From: Chloroflexota bacterium
GTDB taxonomy: Bacteria; Chloroflexota; Limnocylindria; P2-11E
Assembly: GCA_005889075.1 (NCBI GenBank)
Contig: VBDQ01000021.1
Coordinates: forward strand, 12,354 to 76,353
Length of the DNA stretch: 64,000 bases
Direction of reading: 5' to 3'
Shown: in pieces, positions 40,961-54,782 of the stretch
Layout of the letters: each line of letters opens with the position of its first letter
Position numbering within the stretch: position 1 is the first letter of the stretch
Made by a program: the position numbers and the translations under genes
The notes under the pieces: model-generated
The model's input: only the letters and a program-made list of their open reading frames with translations
Told to the model about the DNA's origin: nothing
The model's database searches: none

Positions 40961-43041
40961 GAAGAATCCTCGCAACTCCGTTCGCGCCTGCCGCGCTCGT
41001 CGCCCTCGCCGTCGCGCTCCTCGACCGGTTCTCGGGTCCGGCTGCGATCGTCTGCGCCGGCGTCCTGGCGATCGTCATGACCGTCCTCGCGGTCACGAGC
41101 GCCGATCGGCCCCGACGTATCTGTTGGGCGACGGGCCTGGTTACGGCGGTCGCCTCCGCGATGGCCACGGGACTCGGTCCGTTTCCCGCGTTCGACCTCC
41201 GCCACGCCGGGCCGCTCGATGCTTTGCGGGACCTCCTGTCGGCTCCACTACAGCGCCTCATTGCCGAACCCGAGGGCGGGATCGTTCGCGGCATCGTCCT
41301 TGGCGAACGCACGAGCGTCGATCCCGATCTCGCCGCCGCGTTCGCGCGCAGCGGCACCACGCACTTGCTGGCGATCTCGGGCTTCAACATGACCCTCGTC
41401 GCGGCCACCGTTGGTCTCATCGCACGCGGGCGCGTCCGCCCGATCGTCACCGCGAGTCTCACCGTGGCGACCGTCATCGCTTACAGCCTGCTCGTCGGTC
41501 TCGCGCCGAGCGTCGTCCGTGCCGCGCTCATGGCGGTCGTGGCGTCGTGCGGCCTCGCGTTCGGCCGCCGCCCGGCGATCGTCAACGCGCTCGCTCTCGC
41601 CGTCGCTGCGATGCTCGCGTTCGACCCGGCGTCGCTGGGCGATGTCGGCTTCCTCTTGTCCGCCGGGGCGACCGGCGGACTGCTCTTCCTCGGCGAGCCG
41701 CTCTCGCAGCGTCTCGCGGCGCTCCCTCGTCCGATCCGCGAAGGTCTCGCGACGACGCTCGCCGCGACGCTCCCCACGCTGCCCGTCATCGCTGCCGTGT
41801 TCGGACGCGTCTCGCTGGTGTCGCCGGTCGCGAACCTCCTCGCGGTGCCGCTCTTCGCCCCGCTGATGCTTGCCGGCTCGTCCACGGCCGCGCTGGGAGC
41901 TCTGTCGATCGACCTCGCGCGTATCCCGGCGGTCGCGACGTGGGCGCTCGCGTTCGCGCTTCGCGTGGTGGTCGAGACCGCCGCTGCCTTGCCTCTCGCG
42001 TCCGTCGCCGTCCCCGATGGTCCCGTCGCCGGGCTCGGGTACGCAGCCGTCACCGTTACCGTGCTGTGTCTGGGGCCACGTGCTCTTGCTGCCGCGGGCG
42101 CCAAAGGTCGCGAGCTCAGGTCGCGCATCCGCCTACCCGCGGTGCGAGTTCCCGCGTTCTCGGCGCGTCACGCTGCGTTTGTCATCGCGGCAACGCTCGC
42201 GCTCGCGGCTGGCGTCGTCGCGGTTCTTGCAAATCCGGCGGCGCCCATCCGCGTGCGCGCGCTCGACGTCGGACAGGGCGACGCCTTCCTCGTCGAGATC
42301 GGTCCGAAGGTGATGCTCATCGACGGCGGACCGGATCCGGCGCGACTGCTCGCCGAGCTCGGTGCCTCGCTGCCGCCGTGGCGGCGCCGCATCGACGTGG
42401 TCGCGCTTACGCACGCGCACGCCGATCACGCGGACGGCCTCATCGGCGTGCTCGAGCGCTACGAGGTGGGTCTCACGCTCGAGCCCGCCGGTCTCAATCC
42501 CGGTCCGGTCGCGACGGCGTGGGCCGAGCGGATCGCTCGCGCACACGCCGAGCGTCGCGTGGTCTCGGTTGGCGCGCGCGTGCGCGTCGGAGATGCCACC
42601 GTGACGATCCTCGCGCCCGATGGCGATCCCCGGGTCGACGTCCCGTCTCTCGTCTTGCGTCTCGAGCGTGGAAGCTTCTCGATGCTCTTCATGGGCGACG
42701 CCACCGAGCAGGCGCAGGCCGACCTCCTGCTCCGGTCAGGGTCGCTTCCCACGCGTGTGTACGTGCCACCGCATCACGGTGCCGCGACGCCATACGCATC
42801 GGCGCTCGTCCAGGCGGTCCATCCGTCGGCGGCGGTGATCTCCGTGGGAGCTCAGAACCGTTATGGTCATCCGACGCCCGAGACCCTCGCGGCGCTGGGC
42901 CGGGTGACCACCTATCGGACCGACCGCGACGGCACCGTGGAGCTGGATCTCGATGGCACAAGCCTCGTCGTCCGAACCCACGCGAATGGTCTTCCTCCTC
43001 CACGGGGAGGATTCCTTCCGCATGCGCCTCCGGCTGGGTGA
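40957..43041 (+). CDS. comEC: ComEC/Rec2 DNA internalisation protein with a C-terminal metallo-beta-lactamase domain
   Basis: Polytopic competence domain (GTTHLLAISGFNM). The MBL motif LDVGQGDA...THAHADHADG follows. Confidence 0.9.
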   Translation: MRRILATPFAPAALVALAVALLDRFSGPAAIVCAGVLAIVMTVLAVTSADRPRRICWATGLVTAVASAMATGLGPFPAFDLRHAGPLDALRDLLSAPLQRLIAEPEGGIVRGIVLGERTSVDPDLAAAFARSGTTHLLAISGFNMTLVAATVGLIARGRVRPIVTASLTVATVIAYSLLVGLAPSVVRAALMAVVASCGLAFGRRPAIVNALALAVAAMLAFDPASLGDVGFLLSAGATGGLLFLGEPLSQRLAALPRPIREGLATTLAATLPTLPVIAAVFGRVSLVSPVANLLAVPLFAPLMLAGSSTAALGALSIDLARIPAVATWALAFALRVVVETAAALPLASVAVPDGPVAGLGYAAVTVTVLCLGPRALAAAGAKGRELRSRIRLPAVRVPAFSARHAAFVIAATLALAAGVVAVLANPAAPIRVRALDVGQGDAFLVEIGPKVMLIDGGPDPARLLAELGASLPPWRRRIDVVALTHAHADHADGLIGVLERYEVGLTLEPAGLNPGPVATAWAERIARAHAERRVVSVGARVRVGDATVTILAPDGDPRVDVPSLVLRLERGSFSMLFMGDATEQAQADLLLRSGSLPTRVYVPPHHGAATPYASALVQAVHPSAAVISVGAQNRYGHPTPETLAALGRVTTYRTDRDGTVELDLDGTSLVVRTHANGLPPPRGGFLPHAPPAG

Positions 43042-44074
43042 GCTCGTACGAGCGCTCCTCCAACGCGCGCCGATCGCGTCCGGCGATCTCGCCCGCGCGC
43101 ACGAGGTCCGCCTCGGCGAGCTGGTCGGCGTCAGCTTGCACGACGCCCGGACCGATCCGGCGTCGGCCATCGCCCTTTCGGGACAGGCGCAGGGCTTGTT
43201 CGACGCACCGGACGAGCGCCGCGTCGTGGTCGTCGAGCATGCCGAGGCCCTTCGCGACTACGCGGTGATCGCCGGCTTCCCGCGCGAGGCGGGATTGGTG
43301 CTCGTGTCCGTCGAGCGGCTCGCCGCGGGACGCGCACGACGTGCCGGCCGCGCCCGAACCGGCGCCGCCACGGCGAACGCGGCCGCGAACACGCTCGTCG
43401 ACGCGGTCGAGAGCGCCGGCGGAACGATCGAGCGCCTCGAGCGGATCGCGCCGGTGGACGTTGCGCGCTGGATAGAGGCGCGCGCATCGCTACACGCCGC
43501 GAAGCTCGGAACGGATGCGGTGGCCGCGCTCGCCTCAGCGGTCGGGAGCGACACCGAGCGTATCGAACAAGAAGTGAAGAAGCTCGGCGCGTATGCCGCA
43601 GGCGCGACGGTCACGGCGGCTGATGTCCGCGCGCTCGTGAGCGGGGCGATCGAGGCCGACGTCTTCGAGCTGACGCAAGCCGTCGTTCGCCAGGACGCGC
43701 GTGTCGCGATCGGAACCCTCGAGCGTCTTCTCGCCGACGGCAACGCTCCGCAGCAGATTCTCGCGCTGCTCCTGTGGCAGTTCAGAGTGCTGCTATTCGC
43801 GACGGCGATGAAGACCAACGCGGACGGGGAGCGTATGGCCAAGGCAATACGGTCCACACCGGGAGCGATCGCTCGCGCCACCGCCTTCGCGCGCCGTGTA
43901 TCACGGGCCGACATCGTCCGCGCGTACGAGGCGATCTATGCGACGGATCAGGTGATCAAGACCGGTCGAGCAGACTCCGACCTCGCCGCACTCACACTCT
44001 GCGTCCTCGATCTCTGCCATGTGGCGAATGCCGATCTGCGCGACATGCTGCTCGTCGAGCCGCCCAAGCGCTGA
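42986..44074 (+). CDS. holA: DNA polymerase III delta subunit
   Basis: MVFLLHGEDSF..., C-terminal ...LLWQFRVLL...IYATDQVIKTG. It sits in the conserved comEA-comEC-holA order. The start is uncertain (42953 or 42986). Confidence 0.75.
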   Translation: MVFLLHGEDSFRMRLRLGELVRALLQRAPIASGDLARAHEVRLGELVGVSLHDARTDPASAIALSGQAQGLFDAPDERRVVVVEHAEALRDYAVIAGFPREAGLVLVSVERLAAGRARRAGRARTGAATANAAANTLVDAVESAGGTIERLERIAPVDVARWIEARASLHAAKLGTDAVAALASAVGSDTERIEQEVKKLGAYAAGATVTAADVRALVSGAIEADVFELTQAVVRQDARVAIGTLERLLADGNAPQQILALLLWQFRVLLFATAMKTNADGERMAKAIRSTPGAIARATAFARRVSRADIVRAYEAIYATDQVIKTGRADSDLAALTLCVLDLCHVANADLRDMLLVEPPKR

Positions 44075-47599
<3,525 letters not shown>

Positions 47600-47612
47600 T
47601 CGAGGATAGGTG

Positions 47613-48452
47613 CTACGAGGCCTTTCTCCGTGCTGTTCGCGAAGCCGATGCTGCGCGCTTCGGCTTTGCCTCGCCCTTCTTCGCCTTCTCGACGGACGCT
47701 TTGAGAGCGGACATGAGATCCACGACGGTCGTCTCCGCTTCGGGTTCGGGCGCCTCGATGACCTCTCTTTTCTCCACCTTCGCCTCGACGAGCTTCATGA
47801 CCGCTTGCTTGTATTCGTCCTTGTATTCGTCGGGCTCGAACTCGGTGGCCATCATGCCGACGAGGTTCTCGGCCATCTTCAGCTCGGCCGGTGAGACTCT
47901 CACGTCCTCGGGGATGTCGAGGTCCTCCGTGGAGCGGATCTCGTCCGGCCAGTGGAGCGTGTTCATGAGCAGCGCGCCGTCCTGTGGACGCACGGAAACG
48001 AGCCGCTCGCGGTCACGGAGAGCGAATTTCGCGATCGCGATCCGCTCGGTCTTCTCGAGCGTCTTTTTCAGCAGCGCGTACGGCTTCTCCGCCGACTTCT
48101 CAGGCTCGAGGTAATACGCGGACTGGTAGTAGAGCGCGCCGGGGAGCTCTTCGTTCTTGATGAATCCGGAGATGTCGATCGCCTTGCTCGACCGGAGGGG
48201 GAGCTTGTCGAAATCCGCGTCGTCCAGCTCGACGTAGTTGCCTTTCTCGTACTCGTATCCCTTGACGACGTCGCCCCACGCGACTTCGTGGTCGCCTTCG
48301 ACGCACCAGCGCTTGTTCTTGATGCGGCTGCGGTGCTCGGGACAGAGCAGATTGAAAGACACCTTGCTCGTGCTTTCCGTCGCGAGATAGAGCCGGACCG
48401 GGATGGCGACCATCCCAAAGCTCATGACCCCTCGCCAGATGGATCGTGGCAT
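47613..48452 (-). CDS. ku: Non-homologous end joining protein Ku
   Basis: MPRSIWRGVMSFGMVAIPVRLYLAT... with a lysine-rich C-terminal tail. Confidence 0.95.
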   Translation of the reverse strand: MPRSIWRGVMSFGMVAIPVRLYLATESTSKVSFNLLCPEHRSRIKNKRWCVEGDHEVAWGDVVKGYEYEKGNYVELDDADFDKLPLRSSKAIDISGFIKNEELPGALYYQSAYYLEPEKSAEKPYALLKKTLEKTERIAIAKFALRDRERLVSVRPQDGALLMNTLHWPDEIRSTEDLDIPEDVRVSPAELKMAENLVGMMATEFEPDEYKDEYKQAVMKLVEAKVEKREVIEAPEPEAETTVVDLMSALKASVEKAKKGEAKPKRAASASRTARRKAS

Positions 48453-48526
48453 TCCACACCTCGCCGGCCGCGTTTCCGCTCGGTTTTCCCCGCGCGGCGT
48501 AGCCGCGCGAATTGTAAGGGCTCAGG

Positions 48527-48946
48527 TCAAGGCAGTGCCGGAGGCGCACGCCGGCCGACGAGCACAAGGCGGAGAAGGCGGTCGAGGGTTCGCGGGTCAC
48601 CTCGCCAGTGCTCGCGCACGACCTCATGGTCCGTGGTGGCGAGCACCAGGCGCAGCGCGAACGCAGCCACGACCGCGTCATCGAGCGAGCCGATCACCGG
48701 GATGAAGTCGGGGATGAGATCGATGGGCGACGCGAGCCAGAGTGAGGCCGCGCCGAGAACGATCTTGGGGACGACCGGGACGCGCCGATCGCCCATGAGA
48801 CCGGCGAACAACCGGACGAGGTTGGGCGCGAGGGCAGCGAGCTCGCGCGCCAGCCAGATCCTCCCCGCGACGACGAGGATGACGACGAGCGCGCACCAGC
48901 AGAGCGCGATGATCGCGAGCGCGACGATGAGCCCGCGCCAATCCAT
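48527..48946 (-). CDS. DUF1232 (YkvA-like) membrane protein
   Basis: SPIDLIPDFIPVIGSLDD motif after an N-terminal TM segment. Confidence 0.75.
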   Translation of the reverse strand: MDWRGLIVALAIIALCWCALVVILVVAGRIWLARELAALAPNLVRLFAGLMGDRRVPVVPKIVLGAASLWLASPIDLIPDFIPVIGSLDDAVVAAFALRLVLATTDHEVVREHWRGDPRTLDRLLRLVLVGRRAPPALP

Positions 48947-48961
48947 CAGAGACTCGCCTCC

Positions 48962-50590
48962 TCAGGCCGCGATCGCGCGCTCGGCGAGCGCCGTCGGGAG
49001 CGATCCGGTCGAGGCGATGGCGTCGTGGAATGCACGCAGGGCGGCGCGATCCGCCGCGCCGCGCTTGGCGAGCCAGCGCGTCCGGATGTCGATGATCTCG
49101 AGCATCCCGGTGAGATAGCTCGAGGCCTGTGTGGGCCAGGAACAGTACCGGCCCACCTCCGCCTTGGCGTTGGGAGGGGTGAGGTTCCCGTTCTTCACCA
49201 TGAAGTCGACCGCCTCGTCGAATGTCATCTCGCCCATGTGCAGCGACGTGTCGACGACGATGCGCGCCGCGCGGAAGAGCGTCGCCTCGTACTGGAACAA
49301 CAGGTACCGCGGCTCGGTGAAGAAGCCCTGCTCGCGCATGACCCGCTCGGCGTACAGGCCCCACCCTTCGGCGAAGTAAGAGGTGAAGTGCGTGCGTCGG
49401 ATCGGTGACGGGTTCTGCTTCGCCGTGATGAGATGCCAGTGGTGTCCGGGATATGCCTCGTGCACCGCGGTCGTCGGGATGCCGGCGCTGCAGTTGCCCT
49501 CGAGGCGCTTCTGCACTTCCTCGGCTGGCGTCCCGTCGGGCGGATAGGGAACGAAGAAGTGGCCGTGGAACGAGTCGCTGAACGCCGGCGGTGCGTTGTA
49601 GCTCGCGACGGCCTGGATCGGTCGCTGAAAATGCGGTGAAGGCTCGACGGTGCAGCTCTCTCCGCGCGGCAGCGTGACCAGGCCTGTGTCTTTGAGGAAC
49701 GAGCGGGCGCGCTCGGTCCATTCCTCGTACTCGGCCTTCATGGCCTCGGGCGTGGACGCGTGCTGCCGGTTGAGCCGCGCGCACGCCGCGACCCAGTCGC
49801 CGCTCCCGTCGACCTCGCGCGCGATGCGATTCGCCTCGCTCGAAAGGAGGTCGTGCTGCTCGCGTCCGCGATCGCGTAACTCGCGCGCGTCGTAGGGCAG
49901 AAGCTCTTTCTCGCGCAGCAGCGCCGTATATAGCGGCTCGCCGATCGCATAATTTCCCGCGCAGCGCGTTTGGTTCGCCTCGAGGAATGCCGCGAAGTCC
50001 TCGTACGCCTTCGCCGCGTTTCCGCCCGCGGCGACGACCATCTCGCGTGTCGCCGCGTCCTTTATCTCCGCGGGGACGAGCTCGCGCGCGTAGCGAGCGG
50101 CGGCTTTCGCCTGGCCGATGGCCCGGTCGCAATAGATCCGCGGCACGAGCGAGAAGTCCAGGTTCCGCCTGCCGTGCTCGACGTGCGTCGTCGCCGCCTC
50201 GAGGCGCGCGCGGGCCGCCGCGGCAAGGTCCCGTTCGGGACGAAGCCGATGGAGGAAGAGGACGAAGACACCTTGCAGCGAGGGATTCAGGTACGTATTG
50301 GGCTGCCTCCGCCATTCGAGGTGCGGCTGCAGGAGCTCGCGTCCGCGCAGCGACGACAAGATCGCATCGCGGTCGATCTGCTCCTCGGACGCGAGCCCGT
50401 CATTCAGCGCGCGGAAGCGCCGGCTCCACTCGACGACCTGCGCCTCGCGCCGCGCGAACGCTTCGGCCGAGAGGTCCTCCGAGCGCTCGTCGTATGTGGT
50501 GAGGCCCAGCATGCTTGCCCAGGACGGCGATTCGTCGTAGCGCTCGTTGAGATAGCTCTGGACGAGCGAGGCGAACGTTTCCGACGTCAC
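48962..50590 (-). CDS. DUF885 family protein
   Basis: 542 aa with AVHEAYPGHHWH and EGWGLYAE motifs typical of DUF885. Confidence 0.85.
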   Translation of the reverse strand: MTSETFASLVQSYLNERYDESPSWASMLGLTTYDERSEDLSAEAFARREAQVVEWSRRFRALNDGLASEEQIDRDAILSSLRGRELLQPHLEWRRQPNTYLNPSLQGVFVLFLHRLRPERDLAAAARARLEAATTHVEHGRRNLDFSLVPRIYCDRAIGQAKAAARYARELVPAEIKDAATREMVVAAGGNAAKAYEDFAAFLEANQTRCAGNYAIGEPLYTALLREKELLPYDARELRDRGREQHDLLSSEANRIAREVDGSGDWVAACARLNRQHASTPEAMKAEYEEWTERARSFLKDTGLVTLPRGESCTVEPSPHFQRPIQAVASYNAPPAFSDSFHGHFFVPYPPDGTPAEEVQKRLEGNCSAGIPTTAVHEAYPGHHWHLITAKQNPSPIRRTHFTSYFAEGWGLYAERVMREQGFFTEPRYLLFQYEATLFRAARIVVDTSLHMGEMTFDEAVDFMVKNGNLTPPNAKAEVGRYCSWPTQASSYLTGMLEIIDIRTRWLAKRGAADRAALRAFHDAIASTGSLPTALAERAIAA

Positions 50591-50625
50591 GCTGGAACCT
50601 CCGTGAGAATGGCGGAGGAGTCACA

Positions 50626-53016
50626 GTGAGCCTCACCGAGTACCAGCGCAAACGCGACTTCGGCCGGACGCCCGAGCCGAAAGGCAAGAAGCCGAAGGCG
50701 ACGCCGGCGCGCCGATACGTCGTCCACCGCCATCACGCGACGCGCCTGCACTGGGACGTCCGTTTGGAGATGCGCGGCATCCTCGCGTCATGGGCCGTGC
50801 CGAACGGTCCCCCGCTCGAGGCCGGCAAGCGGCGGCTCGCGGTCCACACCGAGGATCACCCCCTCGAGTACCTCACGTTCCATGGCGTGATCCCCGACGG
50901 CTACGGCGCCGGGACGATGACCATCTGGGATACGGGGACCTACGAGCTGCTCCTCGAGAAGGACAACGAGTACAAGCTGCGCTTCGACGGCAAGCGCCTG
51001 GAGGGCGAATGGGTCCTCGTCCAGACACGGCAGAACGAAGGCCGCGACTGGCTGATGATCAAGCACGGGGCGCCGCCGTCCGACGATCCGCTCATGCGGA
51101 AGGTAGCGCCGATGCTCGCGTCGGCAGCCGACGAGCCCTTCGACTCACCGGAGTTCATCTACGAACCCAAATGGGACGGGGTACGCACCCTCGCCTTCGT
51201 CGACGGCGGCGAGGTGCGCCTTCAGACGCGCAACCTCCTCGACTGCACGCGCCAGTACCCGGAGGCGACGCAGATCGCCGAAGCGCTCACCGGTGGATAC
51301 CAGGCGATCGTCGACGGCGAGGTCGTCGCGCTCGACGAGAAGGGGGTTCCGCGATTCCAGCGGCTGCAGCCGCGGATGCATGTGAGCGACGACGCGACCG
51401 TCCGGAAGCTCCGACGCTCCACGCCGATCGTCTACGAGGTCTTTGACGTCCTCTACCTCGACGGCGAGGACCTCACGCGACGCCCGCTACGCGAGCGGCT
51501 CGCGCGCCTCGAGGGCGCGGTGACGCCAATGGGCGCGATCCGGCGGAGCGAGGGCTTCGTCGGGACGGGGGTCGCACTGTTCGAGGCGGCGCGCGAGCAA
51601 GGCATCGAGGGGATCGTGGCGAAGCGCCTCGATTCGCTCTATCAGCCGGGCGCGCGCTCGCCGGCGTGGGTGAAGGTGAAGGCCTTTCGCTCGATGGATT
51701 GCGTCATCGGAGGTTGGACGGCGGGGCAGGGCGGTCGGCAGAAGACGCTCGGCGCGCTGCTCATCGGCGTGTACCACGACGGCAAGCTCGAGCCGGTCGG
51801 CCATGTCGGCACGGGATTCGACGAGCGCACGCTGAAGGACCTGCTCAGCATGCTCGAGGAGCACGAATCGCCGACGTCGCCGTTCGCGACCGAGCCGCGC
51901 ACGAACCAGCCCGCGCGTTGGTGCCTCCCAGAGCTCGTGTGCGAGGTCGAGTACGGCGAGATCACGCGCGACGGCACGTTGCGCCATCCGACCTACCGCG
52001 GCCTGCGGCCCGATATCGATCCACGCGACTGCACTGGCGAGGAGAAGCGCGAATCGGCGAAGAAAGCGCAGGACGCCGCGAAGCGCGCCGCAAAGACGGC
52101 GCCGGCATCACCCGACGGCGAGCGCCCCGAGCGCGTACCGGCGGTCCTCGAGGTCGAGGGTCGGCGCGTCAAGCTCACGAATCTCGAGAAGGTCCTCTTC
52201 CCCGAGGATGGCTACACGAAGGCCGACCTCATCCGCTACTACACGGAGGTCTCGCCCTATCTCGTGCCGTGGCTACGCGATCGCCCGCTGACGCTCAAGC
52301 CATTCCCTGACGGCATCCACGGCGCGCACTTCTACCAGAAGAACAAGCCGGAGTTCACGCCGAGCTGGATCAAGAGCTGGACCGATCCGAGGGAGCCGGA
52401 GAACGACTACGTACTTGCCAACGACATGGCGACGCTGGTGTGGATGGCCAACTACACCGCGATCAAGATCCATCCGCGGCTCGCGCGCGTCGACGACCCC
52501 GAGAAGCCCGACAACGTGATGGTCGACCTCGATCCTGCCGAAGGGGCGACCTGGGACGACGTGAAGGAGGTCGCGCGCGTCGTCAAGGAGGTCCTGGACG
52601 CGCTTGGCATCGTCGGCTTTCCCAAGACGACCGGCTCGCGCGGAATCCACGTGCTCGTTCCGGTCGTGCGGAAATACTCCTTCGAGGAGACGCGCGCCTT
52701 CGCGCTGTGGGTCGGCCAGCTCGCACGCGAGAAGCTCCCGAAGCTGGTCACCCTCGAGTTCAGCAAGGCACGGCGGCGCGGGATCTACATCGACTACTTG
52801 CAGAACACGCGCGCGAAATCGACGGCCGGTCCGTACAGCGTGCGTCCGATCCGCCGAGCGCCGGTGTCGGCCCCTCTTCGCTGGGACGAGATCGGCTCGC
52901 TCGGGCGCCCGGACGCGTTCACCATGCTGAACATGTCGACCCGCCTCGAAGCGGTGGGCGATCTCCTCGCGCCGTCGCTCGCCCTCGCGCAGAAGCTTCC
53001 CAAGCTCGCCGACTGA
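50626..53016 (+). CDS. ligD: Multidomain DNA ligase D (phosphoesterase - ligase - polymerase/primase)
   Basis: PE domain: YVVHRHHATRLHWDVRLE...HTEDHPLEY. Ligase domain: YEPKWDGVR, EGIVAKR. Pol domain: VKLTNLEKVLFPEDGYTKADLIRYY...GIHVLVP. Confidence 0.9.
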   Translation: MSLTEYQRKRDFGRTPEPKGKKPKATPARRYVVHRHHATRLHWDVRLEMRGILASWAVPNGPPLEAGKRRLAVHTEDHPLEYLTFHGVIPDGYGAGTMTIWDTGTYELLLEKDNEYKLRFDGKRLEGEWVLVQTRQNEGRDWLMIKHGAPPSDDPLMRKVAPMLASAADEPFDSPEFIYEPKWDGVRTLAFVDGGEVRLQTRNLLDCTRQYPEATQIAEALTGGYQAIVDGEVVALDEKGVPRFQRLQPRMHVSDDATVRKLRRSTPIVYEVFDVLYLDGEDLTRRPLRERLARLEGAVTPMGAIRRSEGFVGTGVALFEAAREQGIEGIVAKRLDSLYQPGARSPAWVKVKAFRSMDCVIGGWTAGQGGRQKTLGALLIGVYHDGKLEPVGHVGTGFDERTLKDLLSMLEEHESPTSPFATEPRTNQPARWCLPELVCEVEYGEITRDGTLRHPTYRGLRPDIDPRDCTGEEKRESAKKAQDAAKRAAKTAPASPDGERPERVPAVLEVEGRRVKLTNLEKVLFPEDGYTKADLIRYYTEVSPYLVPWLRDRPLTLKPFPDGIHGAHFYQKNKPEFTPSWIKSWTDPREPENDYVLANDMATLVWMANYTAIKIHPRLARVDDPEKPDNVMVDLDPAEGATWDDVKEVARVVKEVLDALGIVGFPKTTGSRGIHVLVPVVRKYSFEETRAFALWVGQLAREKLPKLVTLEFSKARRRGIYIDYLQNTRAKSTAGPYSVRPIRRAPVSAPLRWDEIGSLGRPDAFTMLNMSTRLEAVGDLLAPSLALAQKLPKLAD

Positions 53017-53567
53017 TGTCCGGCCGCGCGGCCGTCCTCGCGCCGGGCTACGGCGGCACGGCCCGCCAGCCGATCCTGCGCGCGCTCGCTGATGCGCTCG
53101 CCACGTATGCGATCGCGTCCCGCGCGGTCACCTTCGCGACGCGCGGATCGCGACCGAGCGCGGGCTACGAGCGCGAGCTCGCCGATCTGCGCGTGGCGCG
53201 CGATGCGCTCGGCGCCGAAGGGAACGATTGCGTCGCGCTCGTCGGCCGCTCGTTCGGCGGACGCATTGCTGCTTTCCTCGCCGCACAGGAGCCGCCGGCG
53301 GCGCTGGTGGTCCTCGGACATCCGATCTCGCCACCTGGCAGGCCCCGTCCGCGCGACGAAGCCGCGCTCGCCAAGGTGACGTGTCCGACGCTCGTCGTGC
53401 AGGGCGACCATGACCAGCTCGGACCCTACGCGGTGCTCGAGAGGATCGCGGCGACGAATCCGCACATCGACCTCGTCGCGATCGCTGGGGCGGGTCACGA
53501 ATTCGGTCGGCAGGAGGGGGAAGCGGTCGCCGCGGCTGCCCGCTGGCTCGATTCGATGCTCCGCTGA
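53016..53567 (+). CDS. Alpha/beta hydrolase (KANL3/Tex30-like, dienelactone-hydrolase fold)
   Basis: MSGRAAVLAPGYGG..., nucleophile elbow GRSFGG, ...LVVQGDHD...GAGHEF. ATG at 53016 shares 1 nt with the ligD stop. Confidence 0.75.
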   Translation: MSGRAAVLAPGYGGTARQPILRALADALATYAIASRAVTFATRGSRPSAGYERELADLRVARDALGAEGNDCVALVGRSFGGRIAAFLAAQEPPAALVVLGHPISPPGRPRPRDEAALAKVTCPTLVVQGDHDQLGPYAVLERIAATNPHIDLVAIAGAGHEFGRQEGEAVAAAARWLDSMLR

Positions 53568-53659
53568 GCGCTCTCGATCCTTCCGAGCCGCATTCACACC
53601 CTCTTCACACGCCCCAGCGAATCTCGATGCCGACGCTCACGAAAGGAGAGTCCACAAGA

Positions 53660-54031
53660 ATGCGAGGCATCACAGCGCTCATCGTCACGCTCGTCATCGC
53701 CGCGATCGTCGGGGTCGGGGCCTATCAGCTCGGCGTCGCGCAGGGCCTGGCCGGTGCGGGCGGGACGACCGCCGTCGCCCCGGCGGCCTACTACTACCAC
53801 CCATTCTTCTTCGGCGGGTTCGGGTTCCTGTTCCCGCTCCTCTTCATCTTCCTGATCTTCTTCCTGATCCGGGGTGCGTTCTGGGGAGGTTCTGGCCGCC
53901 GCTACGGCGGATGGGGCCGCTACGGTTACGGAGATCCACGCGATCGGCTCGAGGAATGGCACAAGCAGATGCACGGCGAGACGCCACGCGAAGGCGGATC
54001 AACGCCGCAGACGCCCCCTACCGGGCGCTGA
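53660..54031 (+). CDS. Small membrane protein with a Gly/aromatic-rich tail
   Basis: ATG at 53660 follows AAAGGAGAG. There are two hydrophobic segments, then GGSGRRYGGWGRYGYGDPRDRLEEWHKQMHGE. It lies directly upstream of a two-component pair. Confidence 0.5.
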   Translation: MRGITALIVTLVIAAIVGVGAYQLGVAQGLAGAGGTTAVAPAAYYYHPFFFGGFGFLFPLLFIFLIFFLIRGAFWGGSGRRYGGWGRYGYGDPRDRLEEWHKQMHGETPREGGSTPQTPPTGR

Positions 54032-54095
54032 CGGACGGAAGCACGCTGAGCGCCGGACGCTCTCCGGCGCTCACGTCCGGCGCAGGATTCGGATC

Positions 54096-54782
54096 ATGAA
54101 ACGGGTGCTCGTCGTCGACGACGAGCCGAAGATCGTCCAGCTCGCGCGCGATTACCTCGAGCACGCGGGATTCGCGGTTGCCACGGCGTACGACGGGAAG
54201 GCGGCACTCGCCACCGCGCGCTCCGAGCGGCCCGACCTCGTCGTTCTCGATCTGGGTCTTCCGGAGATGGACGGCATCGACGTGGCGCGTGCCCTCCGGG
54301 CGGACACGAACGTGCCGATCGTGATGCTCACCGGTCGAAGCGACGAGTCCGACAAGCTCGTCGGGCTCGAGATCGGCGCCGACGATTACGTGACGAAGCC
54401 CTTCAGTCCGAAGGAGCTCGTGGCCCGCGTGCGCGCGGTGCTCCGACGCTCCGAGCGGCCTCCATCACGCGGCGAGCTCATCCGCGTCGGCGACGTCGAG
54501 CTCGACCTTCCGCGGATGCGCGTGACGGTCGCCGGCAGGGCCATAGACCTGACTGCGACCGAGTTCGCTCTCCTGTCCACCCTCGCGCGCGAGCCGGGAC
54601 GCGTCTTCACGCGCGCGCAGCTGCTCGACGCGGTCCACGGCGTCGCGTTCGAGTCCTACGAGCGTGCGATCGACGCTCACGTCAAGAACATCCGCCGCAA
54701 GCTCGAGCCCGAACCCGCGTCGCCTCGCTATCTCCTGACGGTGTACGGCGTCGGCTACCGTTTCGCGGAGGTCGACGAATGA
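54096..54782 (+). CDS. OmpR/PhoB-family response regulator
   Basis: MKRVLVVDDEPKI...DLVVLDLGLPEMDG...KPF, winged-helix C-terminus ...LLTVYGVGYRF. Confidence 0.9.
   Translation: MKRVLVVDDEPKIVQLARDYLEHAGFAVATAYDGKAALATARSERPDLVVLDLGLPEMDGIDVARALRADTNVPIVMLTGRSDESDKLVGLEIGADDYVTKPFSPKELVARVRAVLRRSERPPSRGELIRVGDVELDLPRMRVTVAGRAIDLTATEFALLSTLAREPGRVFTRAQLLDAVHGVAFESYERAIDAHVKNIRRKLEPEPASPRYLLTVYGVGYRFAEVDE

Noticed and set aside
39695-40975. 426-aa minus-strand ORF
   Set aside because: It is antisense to the leuS 3' end, the coupled hypothetical gene and comEA, and has an off-frame composition.
41124-43268. 714-aa plus-strand ORF
   Set aside because: It is an alternative frame of comEC/holA. 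It is more than one-third Arg by eye and has no motifs, while the comEC frame has TM and MBL signatures.
48678-50315. 545-aa minus-strand ORF
   Set aside because: It is an alternative frame of the DUF885 gene, and only the 48962..50590 frame carries the conserved HEAYPGHH motif.
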